A stretch of 59,948 nt of DNA, the filler included. It is 7 parts of 7 records of this genome, joined end to end, with 100 filler letters (N's around TTAATTAATTAA, not from the genome) between each part and the next. Parts side by side here need not be neighbours in the genome. Positions count along the whole stretch, not along the records: positions 39,192 to 52,621 come from SRR31156797_15185; 6 more parts are not named here. One strand, 5' to 3'. Positions 39,871 to 50,133 of this stretch are shown in pieces (the stretch's first letter is position 1; every line of letters begins with the position of its first letter). A program made the position numbers and the translations under genes. The notes under the pieces are model-generated. The model made no database searches. It saw only the letters and a program-made list of their open reading frames with translations, and had not been told where the DNA came from.

Positions 39871-41026
39871 TCACCACCCTGTCAATTTCCTCTTTTGTGA
39901 TAACAAGAGGAGGAGCTATACGCAGGACTGTTTCCGATGTGCAATTTAGCAGAACTCCGTTCTGACGGGCATGTTCTACAAGATCAGCGCACTTGCGATC
40001 AAATTGGACACCTATCATCATTCCCTTTCCACGAACCTCTACAAAACCATCTGTGGAAAGCTTTGAGAGTTCGTTGCGGAAGTATTCACCCATTTCCTTT
40101 GAGCGCTGGATGAGCTTTTCTTCATGAATTATGTCAATGGATGCAAGTGCAGCTGCGCATGCAAGAGGTCCGCCGCCAAATGTTGCAGCGTGCTCTCCGC
40201 GGCCAAAGGAAACTCCTTCACGGGCAGCAATTGCACCCATTGGGAAACCTCCCCCCATTGCCTTGGCCATTGTCATGATATCAGGTTCCACACCAAAGTG
40301 TTCCTTACAGAACCATGTTCCTGTTCTGCCAAAACCGGTCTGGACTTCATCGAATATGAGAAGAGTGTCGGTCTCGTCACATATCTTGCGAACTTCTTTC
40401 AGGTAGCCATCGTCGGGAACGTTGATACCACCCTCTCCCTGGATGGGCTCAACTATGACAGCAGCTGTGTTTTCAGTAATAGAATCTGAGATAGCCTGCG
40501 GATCATTGAATGGAACGAATTTCTCTTCCTGTACAAGTGGTTTGAATGGATTACGGTACATTTCCTTGTACGTCAGGCTCAGGGAACCCATGGTACGACC
40601 GTGGAATGAGTGTTCCACAGCTATAAAGTCGGTCTTTTTGCTTGTGACCCTTGCAAGCTTCATTGCAGCTTCCACTGCTTCTGTGCCGGAGTTGCAGAAA
40701 AATACCCGGTCCATTCCAGTTAAGTTCACAAGACGCTCTGCAAGTTCTGCCTGCGGTTCAGTGTAGTATAAGTTGGAAACATGAAGCAGTTTTTCTGCCT
40801 GCTTTTGTATTGCCTCCACAAGATGCGGATGGCAGTGCCCTACGTTGTTCACGGCAATTCCGGCAACGCAGTCAACATATTCACGACCTTCAATGTCGTA
40901 AACTATGGAGCCTTTTCCGCTTTCAAGGACAATTGCTTGCCTTCCGTATGTCTGCATAACGTATTTTGAGTCTTGGTCAAAGATAGATTGCGAATTTGAT
41001 GATGATGAATTGTAATCCTGTTGCAA
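39851..41026 (-). CDS. argD: Acetylornithine aminotransferase
   Basis: MQTYGR, AGIAVN.VGH.HP, NSGTEA.EAA.K, FHGRT, DEVQTG.GRTG, AKAMGGG.P. Confidence 0.93.
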   Translation of the reverse strand: MQQDYNSSSSNSQSIFDQDSKYVMQTYGRQAIVLESGKGSIVYDIEGREYVDCVAGIAVNNVGHCHPHLVEAIQKQAEKLLHVSNLYYTEPQAELAERLVNLTGMDRVFFCNSGTEAVEAAMKLARVTSKKTDFIAVEHSFHGRTMGSLSLTYKEMYRNPFKPLVQEEKFVPFNDPQAISDSITENTAAVIVEPIQGEGGINVPDDGYLKEVRKICDETDTLLIFDEVQTGFGRTGTWFCKEHFGVEPDIMTMAKAMGGGFPMGAIAAREGVSFGRGEHAATFGGGPLACAAALASIDIIHEEKLIQRSKEMGEYFRNELSKLSTDGFVEVRGKGMMIGVQFDRKCADLVEHARQNGVLLNCTSETVLRIAPPLVITKEEIDRVVNVLEQA

Positions 41027-41160
41027 ATTAACACCTGTCCATTTTGGTTATGAATATAGTACTAGAAATACCAGAATCTTTTTTAAATCTGACTATCGCT
41101 ACGAATTAATCAAAGAAAGAAAAAGTGATTATGACCTTCTAGAAGTCCAGTGATCACAGA

Positions 41161-41502
41161 CTAAAGGATACTGTTGTCAGGGACCTTTATCGCAACGAAG
41201 ATATGATAAAGGAAAACAAACAGGGTAAACTGGAAGATCAGAATTAATATACTTTTGAGTCCGGCATCCCCGGTGCTTCCAGGAGCTGAACCGATTGAGA
41301 TCAGGATCTCAAATAGATTTAGTATGAATCCAAAAGTCAGTAGAGCAAAATACTTTTTCAGCTTATTGAATGACACATATATTCGTGAGCGAATCACATC
41401 TGCATCAAGGTGTATTAGCAAATACGATGTCATGAATGCCATTAAGACTATACCGAAGCGTAGCGTAAGATCCAGAAAATTGACCAATCCCATAGAACTC
41501 AT
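41161..41502 (-). CDS. Small hypothetical membrane protein
   Basis: 113 aa with three hydrophobic helices. Confidence 0.7.
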   Translation of the reverse strand: MSSMGLVNFLDLTLRFGIVLMAFMTSYLLIHLDADVIRSRIYVSFNKLKKYFALLTFGFILNLFEILISIGSAPGSTGDAGLKSILILIFQFTLFVFLYHIFVAIKVPDNSIL

Positions 41503-41545
41503 TAATTTTCCTCGTTGTCAAATGAAGTCTCGATTAATTTTGAAA

Positions 41546-42376
41546 TCAGATATCCAGATTCATCAGCTCACTATCGGTTAAAGCATTATCTTCCTCACGC
41601 TCAAAGACAATTCCACCCGGTGCACGCATTACTCCGTCTACACGGGCACTTTCATGAATTGTTATGGACTGGGAATTTATTTCACCAAGAATATGAGTAC
41701 CTGCAGCAACGTAGACCTTGCCCCTGGAAATAATATTTCCATGGATGATATTATCCTGGCCCAGTTTCACGTCCTGGATGGTGCGTATACTTCCATAAAG
41801 TGTTGTCTCGTCTGCCATTTCAAGGGAAGTGGCACGTATGTTACCCACAAGCCTGCATTTGCTTCCAATGACAGCATTAGATGGCACTTTTATTGAGTCC
41901 ATGGATATTTTGGAACCGTTGGGAATTATCATGGAATTAAGTCCTATGGACTCAACGTCATCCTCAAATAGGTCCTCCAGTGCCTTTTCAACTTCCTCAT
42001 CTTTTCCAAGCCTAAGAAGTTCACTGATGTAAAGGAAAAGGTAAACGATAACAGGAACCGGATTCCTTACAACTATCCATCCCTTGGCCTCAAAGCCACC
42101 ATTGATCTTTACGTCATTACCAATATCAAGGTCGCCTTTTACCACAAGCTTTCCATCAATTGTGACGAATTCACCAATATAAGCATTAGTATCGGTTTTT
42201 ACATTGCCACTTATCTCAGACCATATATCAATCCTGGCGTCACCTGTGGAAGTCAGATCTCCTGATACCGTGACCCTTTCACCAAGTATCGCAGAATTTG
42301 CAATTACACCGTACCTGATTTCAGAGTGATTGCCTGCAATGATATCCCCATCTACGACTATTGTATGTTCTTCCAT
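41546..42376 (-). CDS. Beta-helix (bactofilin/polymer-forming-like) archaeal protein
   Basis: Repeated I/V-x-G-x-I/V units. The frame stays open upstream, so the true start may be earlier. Confidence 0.75.
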   Translation of the reverse strand: MEEHTIVVDGDIIAGNHSEIRYGVIANSAILGERVTVSGDLTSTGDARIDIWSEISGNVKTDTNAYIGEFVTIDGKLVVKGDLDIGNDVKINGGFEAKGWIVVRNPVPVIVYLFLYISELLRLGKDEEVEKALEDLFEDDVESIGLNSMIIPNGSKISMDSIKVPSNAVIGSKCRLVGNIRATSLEMADETTLYGSIRTIQDVKLGQDNIIHGNIISRGKVYVAAGTHILGEINSQSITIHESARVDGVMRAPGGIVFEREEDNALTDSELMNLDI

Positions 42377-42516
42377 CCTGGTGTTGTCAGGAACTACAAA
42401 TGTCTTGAAAATCTCCTCTTCTATTCTTTCACTTCCTGATAGGGATTTACTGTGTCAAAGGCTAGCTGATTTAAGCTCTAACGTATTTAATAGATATTGA
42501 TTTATAAATAGTTATT

Positions 42517-42990
42517 CTAGGATTGTGCTATCCCACGCCTTACATCAACCGCAGGACCCCTGTCCATATGCATGGCCTCCTTTGGAGACAGCAATAACTG
42601 TCCGGTTGCCAAAACAGCATCTAAAGAATCCACTACTATGACCTCGTCGCCTGCTCTCAAATTCGGATCCACAGCCAGTACGTGTTTTGCAAAAGCAGTT
42701 TTGCCTTTAGAAACAAATGGAACAGCATCATCACAGATGACAACACGAGAAGAGGGTTTTTCAACTGAATTGTGAAGTGCAGCAGCACCGTCAATGCTCA
42801 ATGTGAGCATTCCGTCCTTTGCACGTACAGTTGCCATGTGTTTTCCATTATACTGGACCTGTCTTACACGTTTGGTCCTGGAAAGCTGGAAAGTAACACC
42901 ATCAGGAAAAAGAATCTCGCCACAGCCCTTTCCAAACTGCATATCAGCCATTGTTCTTACCCTGTGGAGATTTTTATCAGTATTGCTCAT
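42517..42990 (-). CDS. PUA-domain protein (archaeosine TGT C-terminal-like, stand-alone)
   Basis: ADMQFG.G, T.R.RQV, ATVRA.DG.LTL, PFV..GK.AFAKHV...D..LRAGDEV. Confidence 0.85.
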   Translation of the reverse strand: MSNTDKNLHRVRTMADMQFGKGCGEILFPDGVTFQLSRTKRVRQVQYNGKHMATVRAKDGMLTLSIDGAAALHNSVEKPSSRVVICDDAVPFVSKGKTAFAKHVLAVDPNLRAGDEVIVVDSLDAVLATGQLLLSPKEAMHMDRGPAVDVRRGIAQS

Positions 42991-43140
42991 AGACGCTAAA
43001 TAATAGGTAAGTATTAAATTGGTAGCGGTTAAATCAGGAAAAAGTGCAATACAGTTAATCTTTTATTTTAGAAAGTGGAACATTTTTGCTATATAAATAA
43101 TGTCAAACACATTTATATATAATAATGACTAATTATAAGT

Positions 43141-43267
43141 TGAGGAAACGAGAGCAACTGCTTGTAACTGTATTCAAAGGTATAGTAACTGTAACCAAGC
43201 AAAACCATTCATCCCCTCAAACATGGTCTCGTTTCCTCGTTGCTCAATTATGAAACGAACTTTTTTT
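43141..43267 (+). ncRNA. Candidate archaeal sRNA with closing stem and C-rich loop
   Basis: TATA box TTTATATA at 43112. Perfect 12-bp stem 43142-43153/43227-43238. ATCCCCTC loop. T7 run at 43261. Confidence 0.7.
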
Positions 43268-43428
43268 AGTTAATTTTATAATTTAACCTAATTAGCAGAT
43301 GCTATTTTTTATCTGTGTCTTTTTGAAAGTTTGGCTTATAGAAATTATTGAAAACAAAGAACAACGCGATCATCCGCTGCAGGCGGCGCATTCCTTCATT
43401 ACCATCCTGAAGACTATTGAGACATGCA

Positions 43429-43491
43429 GATTTGTAGAAATCTTCATGTGAAGGACTCATATAATCCAAACGTACATTTCATGATTGCAGA
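43429..43491 (+). repeat. Partial copy of MITE-like element
   Basis: Aligns with 48279-48340 (TGTAGAAATCTTCATGTGAAGGACTCAT...TCATGATTGCAG). Confidence 0.55.
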
Positions 43492-43583
43492 CTATCAATT
43501 TTATGGGAAACATCACGTTTTTTAAATTACCGGTATGCAGAAAAAGAAAATATGTCTGAAAAAAAGTTGAAGGTTAAACAGGT

Positions 43584-45050
43584 TTAACCTTTTACAACTC
43601 CCATTGGCAGAACACGTGCAACCTTTGTGGCAATTCCAAGCTGGTGTACAACATCTACAACATCACTGCTGGATTTGTAGACTTCTGGTGCTTCCTCGGC
43701 TATGAGTGATGGCTGGGTTGCTCTTACAATAATTCCCTCAGACTTCAGTTCATTCTGAATCTCTTCACCACGCAGCTCTTTCTTTGCCCTACTTCTACTC
43801 ATGACCCTCCCTGCACCATGACAGGCACTGCCAAAGGTAAGTTCCATTGCAGCAGGACCGCCTTTTAAAACGTAGGATGCAGTGCCCATGCTACCTGGAA
43901 TGATTACCGGCTGGCCGATATCAAAATAATCTTTTGGAATCTCAGGATGTTTTGCAGGAAACGCCCTGGTGGCACCTTTCCTGTGAACGTAGACCTCTTT
44001 TTCCTCACCATCAATCATGTGTTTCTCAAGTTTTGCCACATTGTGTGCCACGTCATAGACAAGATCCATGTCGAGTTCACCATGCTCTTCTTTGAAAAAG
44101 CTGTCAAATACTTCGCGGGACCAGTGCATTATCACCTGACGGTTGACCCATGCATAGTTTGCAGCACAGACCATGGCGCTGAAATAATCCTGTGCTTCCT
44201 CAGAACTTGCCGGAGCACAGGCAAGCTGCTTATCCGGCAGGGGAATATTGTACTTCTTTGAAGCTTTGGTAAGTTCCTGGATGTGATCGGTACATATCTG
44301 ATGTCCGGCTCCACGGGAACCACAGTGAATCATGAACGTTACCTGTCCTTCCTTAAGACCAAAGGCTTCAGCTGCTTCCTCATCGTAAATCTTGTCCACA
44401 TACTGGACCTCAAGGAAATGATTACCACTTCCAAGGGTTCCTATCTGAGGCCTGCCTCTTTTTCGGGCTTTTATGCTTACCTTTGAAGGATCAGCACCTG
44501 GCATCATACCGTCGCTCTCACAATGATTCAGGTCTTTTTGCACACCATAGCCATTCTTCACAGCCCACTGGACCCCATGCATGAATATGTCATCAAGCTC
44601 AGTGTCGTTCACTCTCAGACGGCTCTTTGAACCGACACCTGAAGGTATGGCATCGAAAAGTGCATCGAGTAGTTCAGGAAGCTTCGGGCGGACATCATCT
44701 TCTGTGAGATTGGAGCGTATGAGACGCACACCGCAGTTGATATCAAAACCCACGCCTCCCGGGCTGATCACACCTTCATCCTTATCGAAGGCCGCTACAC
44801 CGCCTATGGAGAAACCATATCCCAGATGTGCATCCGGCATTGCCATGGAATATTTCTGGATTCCCGGAAGACAGGCTACGTTTGCCACCTGATCGAGGGT
44901 ATCCCTTTCAAGGAGATCGAGCAGGGTCTTAGACAAAAATAACCTGCCTGGAACCTTCATATTCGGCTTGAAGTTGCCCGGAATCTCCCATGTGTTATCA
45001 TTGACTTTAGTAAGAACATCATAAACTGAATTTCCATTATCCTCTGACAT
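43584..45050 (-). CDS. rtcB: RNA-splicing ligase RtcB
   Basis: [62 protein letters not shown]. Confidence 0.97.
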   Translation of the reverse strand: MSEDNGNSVYDVLTKVNDNTWEIPGNFKPNMKVPGRLFLSKTLLDLLERDTLDQVANVACLPGIQKYSMAMPDAHLGYGFSIGGVAAFDKDEGVISPGGVGFDINCGVRLIRSNLTEDDVRPKLPELLDALFDAIPSGVGSKSRLRVNDTELDDIFMHGVQWAVKNGYGVQKDLNHCESDGMMPGADPSKVSIKARKRGRPQIGTLGSGNHFLEVQYVDKIYDEEAAEAFGLKEGQVTFMIHCGSRGAGHQICTDHIQELTKASKKYNIPLPDKQLACAPASSEEAQDYFSAMVCAANYAWVNRQVIMHWSREVFDSFFKEEHGELDMDLVYDVAHNVAKLEKHMIDGEEKEVYVHRKGATRAFPAKHPEIPKDYFDIGQPVIIPGSMGTASYVLKGGPAAMELTFGSACHGAGRVMSRSRAKKELRGEEIQNELKSEGIIVRATQPSLIAEEAPEVYKSSSDVVDVVHQLGIATKVARVLPMGVVKG

Positions 45051-45165
45051 TATTATCCTCCTGTCACATTATTCCTGTCAAGCATCTATATTGAAGACTA
45101 TATGCCCTAATCGTATGAATACATTGATAATAAGGAACTGATAAAGCAGTTATGTCCACAGATGC

Positions 45166-45609
45166 TCAGGTATCAACTGTTGCCTGTATCATCCAGCCAT
45201 CATCTATCTTCTCAATTTTCATATCGTTGTATGTGGCTGCTTTAACCTCGGTATCAAAAACATGGATAGAGTGATCAATGGTTTCCCCAAACAAGGTTGC
45301 AGAAAGGGAGCACTCATCCTCACTGACGCTCATCTTGTTGATTTTTACTGCTCCAAAGACCATTTCCTCAACCTCGAAAAGAAATAGTATCTCAGAGAGC
45401 CAGTCAAAGAGAAGACTGTCAGCGTCGGGAGAGCATAGTTCAAGTTCCACAGATGAACTATTGTTTACAGAAGCCGTTTCCACCATGACATTGAGCATGG
45501 CAAGGGCAGCGTTCTCAAAAGCCTGCTCAAGGCTTTTCCCGTAAGCTCTGAATTTGGCATCCGCTGTATGTTCCAGATATTCAAAGTCCATGTTCACACC
45601 AGATGACAT
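45166..45609 (-). CDS. Archease
   Basis: EHTAD, EVKAATY, terminal VD. Adjacent to rtcB. Confidence 0.95.
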   Translation of the reverse strand: MSSGVNMDFEYLEHTADAKFRAYGKSLEQAFENAALAMLNVMVETASVNNSSSVELELCSPDADSLLFDWLSEILFLFEVEEMVFGAVKINKMSVSEDECSLSATLFGETIDHSIHVFDTEVKAATYNDMKIEKIDDGWMIQATVDT

Positions 45610-45675
45610 GAACCTTAATTGACCTCGCTATAATTAAAATAGCCCCCTGCTAAATTTCCAATATTTAGAAAGAGA

Positions 45676-46305
45676 TTATTCTCCAAGCTGTTTCCAGATG
45701 TGAGCAATACGCTGGAAAGCTGTTATGTGACTACCTATGCCGATAATTATGATCATCCAGCCAAGGGCAGAGTAACCAAATAGAGGTGTCTGATAGACAA
45801 AATAAACTACTGACGAGAGCATTATAAGCACCAGACGATCAGCCCTGCCAATGATACCACCATAGTAGCGTCCAAGCTGGAGCGCCTGTGCCTGCGTACC
45901 GAGATAACTTGTGAGCAGAACACCGACTATTGTCGCCACACCTATCTTCCAGTCCACGTAGCCTCCGAAGAAGATGCCGCAGATGATTAGAACATCGGAA
46001 TAGCGGTCTATGACATGGTCAAGGAAGTCTCCCCTTGCACTGGCTATGTTGAGATAACGAGCCATAAGACCGTCCATGGCATCAAAGAATGAATTAAGAG
46101 CTACCAGAAGCCCGGCTACAAGAACGAAAAGCGGGTCAGAGTCCGAGTAATAGTACAGGAAACCTGAGAGTGCCGCAAACAGCAGTGAGAGCATTGATAT
46201 TACATTTGGTGATATGCCTGCATCTGCCATCATCCTGGCAATTGGTTCGAGTATCTTTGTTGCTACAGGTCTTAGAGCATTGAATGTCATGGATATTGTA
46301 CTCAA
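45676..46305 (-). CDS. CDP-alcohol phosphatidyltransferase (archaeal lipid head-group synthase)
   Basis: DAMDGLMAR......GDFLDHVIDR signature. Confidence 0.92.
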   Translation of the reverse strand: MSTISMTFNALRPVATKILEPIARMMADAGISPNVISMLSLLFAALSGFLYYYSDSDPLFVLVAGLLVALNSFFDAMDGLMARYLNIASARGDFLDHVIDRYSDVLIICGIFFGGYVDWKIGVATIVGVLLTSYLGTQAQALQLGRYYGGIIGRADRLVLIMLSSVVYFVYQTPLFGYSALGWMIIIIGIGSHITAFQRIAHIWKQLGE

Positions 46306-46368
46306 TGAGCATTTTTATGATTTAACATTTTCTGGGAAATATAGTATTTTCAACTAAATTACCACATA

Positions 46369-46923
46369 TTAACCTTTCTTTGCGAGATCATACCAGTATT
46401 TGATCTTGCAAGAATGTTCCACCTGAGTTGTGAGCACGTACGCCTCGTCCAGCACTTTCCCTGTTGCAAAGGTCCCGTGACTCCATACGATGGCAGTCTT
46501 GTGAGATGCAAGGGCACTACCAAGGTTCTGCGCAAGTTCACCGGAGCCGATACCGCCTTTGACAATGGGCACGTCCCCCAAAAAGTACTGTCCTTCACTG
46601 TCCGCAGGAGTGATACTGTCACCCTCTGCCAGCAGTGAAAGTGTCACCGCAAAGGGGCAGTGGGCATGAACTATTGCAAGTGCCGGTGTGTGAGCATAGA
46701 TGGCACGATGAACGACGGTCTCGGACGATGCGATCATGTCAAGTGCGCACGACCCGTCAACGCTTACCTCTACAACCATGTCCTCTGTGATCTCATCCAG
46801 CGCGCAACCACTCCGTGTGATAAGCATCCGGTCGCCTACCCTTACACTGATGTTCCCGAAGTGGGATTCCACCAGCCCGTTCTCTACAAGTTTTTTCCCG
46901 ATCCTTGATATCTCACGCCACAT
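46369..46923 (-). CDS. Class II aldolase/adducin family protein
   Basis: GNISVR, ASSE..VH.AIY, VHAH, HG.FA. Confidence 0.9.
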   Translation of the reverse strand: MWREISRIGKKLVENGLVESHFGNISVRVGDRMLITRSGCALDEITEDMVVEVSVDGSCALDMIASSETVVHRAIYAHTPALAIVHAHCPFAVTLSLLAEGDSITPADSEGQYFLGDVPIVKGGIGSGELAQNLGSALASHKTAIVWSHGTFATGKVLDEAYVLTTQVEHSCKIKYWYDLAKKG

Positions 46924-47022
46924 AAGACTTCTCCGGGTAGCTAGCTACCATAAAATTTATCTGCTATTATGGTATGTAAGGGAGTGCTTCCCATAAATAG
47001 ATGTGGAGCGCTCTATCATGGT

Positions 47023-47096
47023 GCCTCGGTGGCTCAGCCCGGCAGAGCGAGTGATTTGTAATCACTAGGTCGCGTGTTCAAATCACGCCCGGGGCT
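47023..47096 (+). tRNA. tRNA-Thr(TGT), intronless, CCA not encoded
   Basis: Acceptor GCCTCGG/CCGGGGC, anticodon arm AGTGA-TTTGTAA-TCACT, T-arm GCGTG-TTCAAAT-CACGC. Confidence 0.96.
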
Positions 47097-47608
47097 CATG
47101 ACTCTAATTTTACTGATGTTTGTTCTTGAATAGTATTAGCTTTGTTATAGAAATGATTATAATCATGTAGGCATTCATCAAAAAGAACCCAGAAAAGTCC
47201 GGGGAATTATGTGATTGCATGTTAAGAAGTAAAGGGCGCCAAAGTCCCTGAATAATGCCAAAGCTGCTTACCCATGCCCAGGATGGTGAAATCAGAGAGG
47301 TATTCCCAGCATACAATACTTAAATCTAATACTTAATGCTGGGCTATATGAGCTAAATAGGGTTCCGATTAGTCAGCTAAATCTGATATTTATTTCTTCA
47401 CCGGCAATCGATGCGATAAGAATCTCGATGTCTTTAGCTTGGTAGCAGTTCACAAGAAAAGGAGAAAACCAGCTCAATTGCTGGTGTTTTATGCGGCTCC
47501 ACTCCCAACAGTGTAACCCTACACTATGCTATAGTGAACGTTTGGTATATACCATAATTGTTCATTAATTTCATTTCAGAACATAAATTACAATGACATT
47601 AAATCACG

Positions 47609-47711
47609 AAAAAACTATTTAAAATAAGTTATGAGGCATGATATTTGAGAGTGGGGTTTAAGTGTGGGAGTGGGGGGTAAAAAATATATATCAAATATTT
47701 CTCATACCTCA
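47609..47711 (-). ncRNA. Second candidate sRNA with the same architecture
   Basis: Minus strand: TGAGGTATGA/TCATGCCTCA stem (G-U allowed), inner TATTTGA/TCAAATA stem, very C-rich loop, TTTTTATA about 22 nt upstream, T6 downstream. Confidence 0.62.
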
Positions 47712-47723
47712 CGCCCCATAGAG

Positions 47724-47765
47724 ACAGATGTAGTATAAAAAGATAACTTATATCACTACATCTGT
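47724..47765. promoter_or_regulatory. 11-bp inverted repeat bracketing a TATA box
   Basis: ACAGATGTAGT-N20-ACTACATCTGT. Confidence 0.6.
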
Positions 47766-48045
47766 ATTTTTAGTATGCTGGCTCTTAAAATATGATTTTT
47801 TGCAGTTTACAATAATGGATTGTTTGGCTTCAGAAAAAAAAGGATAGTTGAACACTCAATTTAAAAAATAACCCACAAGTGCACACCCAACCTTTTCCAT
47901 ATACTGACATAGTAAGTGCTTAGGCTTCACACTGGCTGAACAGGAGCCTCTCAGGGAGTCGTACTGCTTTACTTCTAAAATAACATCAATAATATCATAT
48001 AGCTTACTTTACAACTATGAACCATCAAGTTTCAGGTGTAAAGCA

Positions 48046-48225
48046 TTGAATGTTAAAGAAATAATCCTGGTAATTGTGGTAATTCTGGCTGCCTTTGTCC
48101 TGCTGGATGCATTTCTTGGCCTGATTGGTGCTTTTTTCCACCTGGCTTTTAGCTTTGTGCATCTTATGATTGTATTTGTGCTTATTGTACTGGCAATTGT
48201 TGCAGTTGTAAAGTTGCTGTTTTAG
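48046..48225 (+). CDS. 59-aa very hydrophobic small membrane protein (not in ORF track)
   Basis: AGGTG RBS and TTG start. MNVKEIILVIVVILAAFVLLDAFLGLIGAFFHLAFSFVHLMIVFVLIVLAIVAVVKLLF. Confidence 0.65.
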   Translation: MNVKEIILVIVVILAAFVLLDAFLGLIGAFFHLAFSFVHLMIVFVLIVLAIVAVVKLLF

Positions 48226-48278
48226 AGAAATAAAACTCCAAACTTACCAGAAACCACATTTAAAAATATCAAGTTTCA

Positions 48279-48353
48279 GCTCTGTAAAAGTCCTCATGTG
48301 AATGACTCATGAAATCGTGCATGCCTGTCATGGTTGCAGGATTTCTACAGAGC
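48279..48353. mobile_element. MITE-like element with 16-bp imperfect terminal inverted repeats
   Basis: GCTCTGTAAAAGTCCT...AGGATTTCTACAGAGC (14/16 match). A second partial copy lies at 43429. Confidence 0.55.
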
Positions 48354-48377
48354 CAAAAGAGACCCATGATGAAAACC

Positions 48378-48617
48378 CTATTTCCCCTCATATTTTTTCA
48401 TTTCATTTTTTGCCATCATGTTGGAACCGAAAACGTATACCAAAATAATAACACCAAGCCAGATGAAATGACCGCCCAGCTCAGACATGCCCATATATTT
48501 CAGAACTAAGCCTATACTGAATACCACCATATTTACAATGCCTACTTTTTTATTTCTTCTCACCGTTTCTGCATACAACTCTTTACGTACAAGATACTCT
48601 TTTTTTTCAGCTTTCAC
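48378..48617 (-). CDS. Small two-TM hypothetical protein
   Basis: Probable GTG start at 48617. Two hydrophobic helices. Confidence 0.6.
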   Translation of the reverse strand: MKAEKKEYLVRKELYAETVRRNKKVGIVNMVVFSIGLVLKYMGMSELGGHFIWLGVIILVYVFGSNMMAKNEMKKYEGK

Positions 48618-48722
48618 ATTTTCACATCCTGTATATACCATAAAAGGCATAGAGCTAAAACCGTTGTGGAACAAAAATGGTTTTGCCATAAAAATCAGAT
48701 CAAAATAAACTGGAAGGCTAAC

Positions 48723-49064
48723 ATGTCGATCAAAGAAATAGGTTGCTGCGGTGCATACTGCAAGACCTGTAAACCATTCAACACCGGAGCCTGCAAGGGA
48801 TGCAAACTCGGCTATGACACCGGCGAGAGAGACATCACCAAGGCAAAGTGCAAAATGAAAGTGTGCTGCATCGGGAAAGGCTATGAGACCTGTGCCGACT
48901 GTCCTGAAATTGATTCATGTCCCACAATAAATGAGTTCTATGGCAAGAATGGGTACAAGTACGTGAAGTACAGGCAGGCAATTGAGTTCATCAGGGAGAA
49001 TGGACACGAAGAGTTTTTGAAGATTGCTGAGAATTGGACGAATGCCTATGGAAAATACAAATAA
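48723..49064 (+). CDS. Cys-rich DUF3795-like protein
   Basis: CCG.YC..C...CKGCK...C....CC..KG...CADC.....C pattern. ATG at 48723. Confidence 0.8.
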   Translation: MSIKEIGCCGAYCKTCKPFNTGACKGCKLGYDTGERDITKAKCKMKVCCIGKGYETCADCPEIDSCPTINEFYGKNGYKYVKYRQAIEFIRENGHEEFLKIAENWTNAYGKYK

Positions 49065-49165
49065 TCTTTGAATCTCGATCGATCTTAAATTGTTACAGCT
49101 GCAGCTCACTTTTCAAATATATTCGATACCGATTAATACCATTAAATACAAACTATCAAACACCT

Positions 49166-49477
49166 ATGAGTTCAGAATCAAAGATCAGTGCAACTGATAA
49201 CTATATACGGCAGCTTCAGGAAATGAAGCCGGAACTTGAAAAGAAGTTCAAAGTTAGTTCCCTTGCAATATTTGGCTCCTATATAAGAGGAGAACAAAAA
49301 GAAAGTAGTGACCTTGACATACTGGTGGAATTCTGTGAAACACCGGGGTTACTTGAATTTATTGAGCTTGAAAACCATCTTTCTGATACTTTAGGAATAA
49401 AAGTAGACCTGGTACTCAAAAAAGCCCTGAAACCAAACATCGGGAAAAACATATTGAGTGAGGCTGTGCCAGTATGA
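49166..49477 (+). CDS. Minimal nucleotidyltransferase (MNT/MntA-type antitoxin)
   Basis: FGSYIRGEQKESSDLDILV (GSx10DxD), VDLV. Confidence 0.92.
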   Translation: MSSESKISATDNYIRQLQEMKPELEKKFKVSSLAIFGSYIRGEQKESSDLDILVEFCETPGLLEFIELENHLSDTLGIKVDLVLKKALKPNIGKNILSEAVPV

Positions 49478-49824
49478 CGAACGAGCGCACAGACACTGAC
49501 TATTTACAGGACATACTTTATGCCATGCAAAAAGTGGGCGAGTTCACCAGTGATTTGACCATTGATCAGTTTCTTGAAGATGAAAAAACACAGTATGCAG
49601 TCATAAGGGCAATTGAGGTCATAGGTGAAGCTACCAAGAATATATCTGATAGTATCAAAAACAGTGAACCCTCAATCCCATGGAAGAACATTGCAGGCAT
49701 GAGGGATAAACTGATACATGCATATTTTGGCGTTGATATGGATATCCTCTGGAAAGCCGCTACTGAAGAAATACCCCTGATCGAACCAAAGATCAGAGTA
49801 ATTCTTAAAACCTGTAGTGAATGA
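49474..49824 (+). CDS. HEPN/DUF86 RNase toxin (HepT-type)
   Basis: IGEA, PW..I.GMRDKLIHAY (Rx4HxY). ATGA overlap with the MNT gene. Confidence 0.92.
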   Translation: MTNERTDTDYLQDILYAMQKVGEFTSDLTIDQFLEDEKTQYAVIRAIEVIGEATKNISDSIKNSEPSIPWKNIAGMRDKLIHAYFGVDMDILWKAATEEIPLIEPKIRVILKTCSE

Positions 49825-49915
49825 GAGCGAAAAAGCCATTAAGGGTCTTTTAATCTTGAAATTGTATTTCCCTGCTGACAAACAACCTTAAATAAGCTCA
49901 CACTCACCTAGCACC

Positions 49916-50119
49916 ATGAACCCCGGAAGCTCCAGAAGTAACATAAAAATAGGACTCAGTGTCGGAATTGTCCTGAAACAGGATCAGAGAAGTGGCAAAA
50001 TAACCAGAGGTATTGTCAAAAGGATACTGACAAAATCACCGTCCCATCCTCACGGAATAAAAGTTCAGCTTAAAGATGGTCGTGTCGGAAGAGTAAAGGA
50101 AATCCACTCAGGGGAATGA
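49916..50119 (+). CDS. YwbE-family protein
   Basis: IVLKQDQRSGK.TRG.VK.ILTKS..HPHGIKV.L.DG.VGRV. Confidence 0.9.
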   Translation: MNPGSSRSNIKIGLSVGIVLKQDQRSGKITRGIVKRILTKSPSHPHGIKVQLKDGRVGRVKEIHSGE

Positions 50120-50133
50120 ACAGTTTGTTCTGT

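Noticed and set aside
43584-45609. rtcB-archease as a novel RNA repair system or intein host
   Set aside because: Standard archaeal tRNA ligase pair. The 488-aa length leaves no room for an intein.
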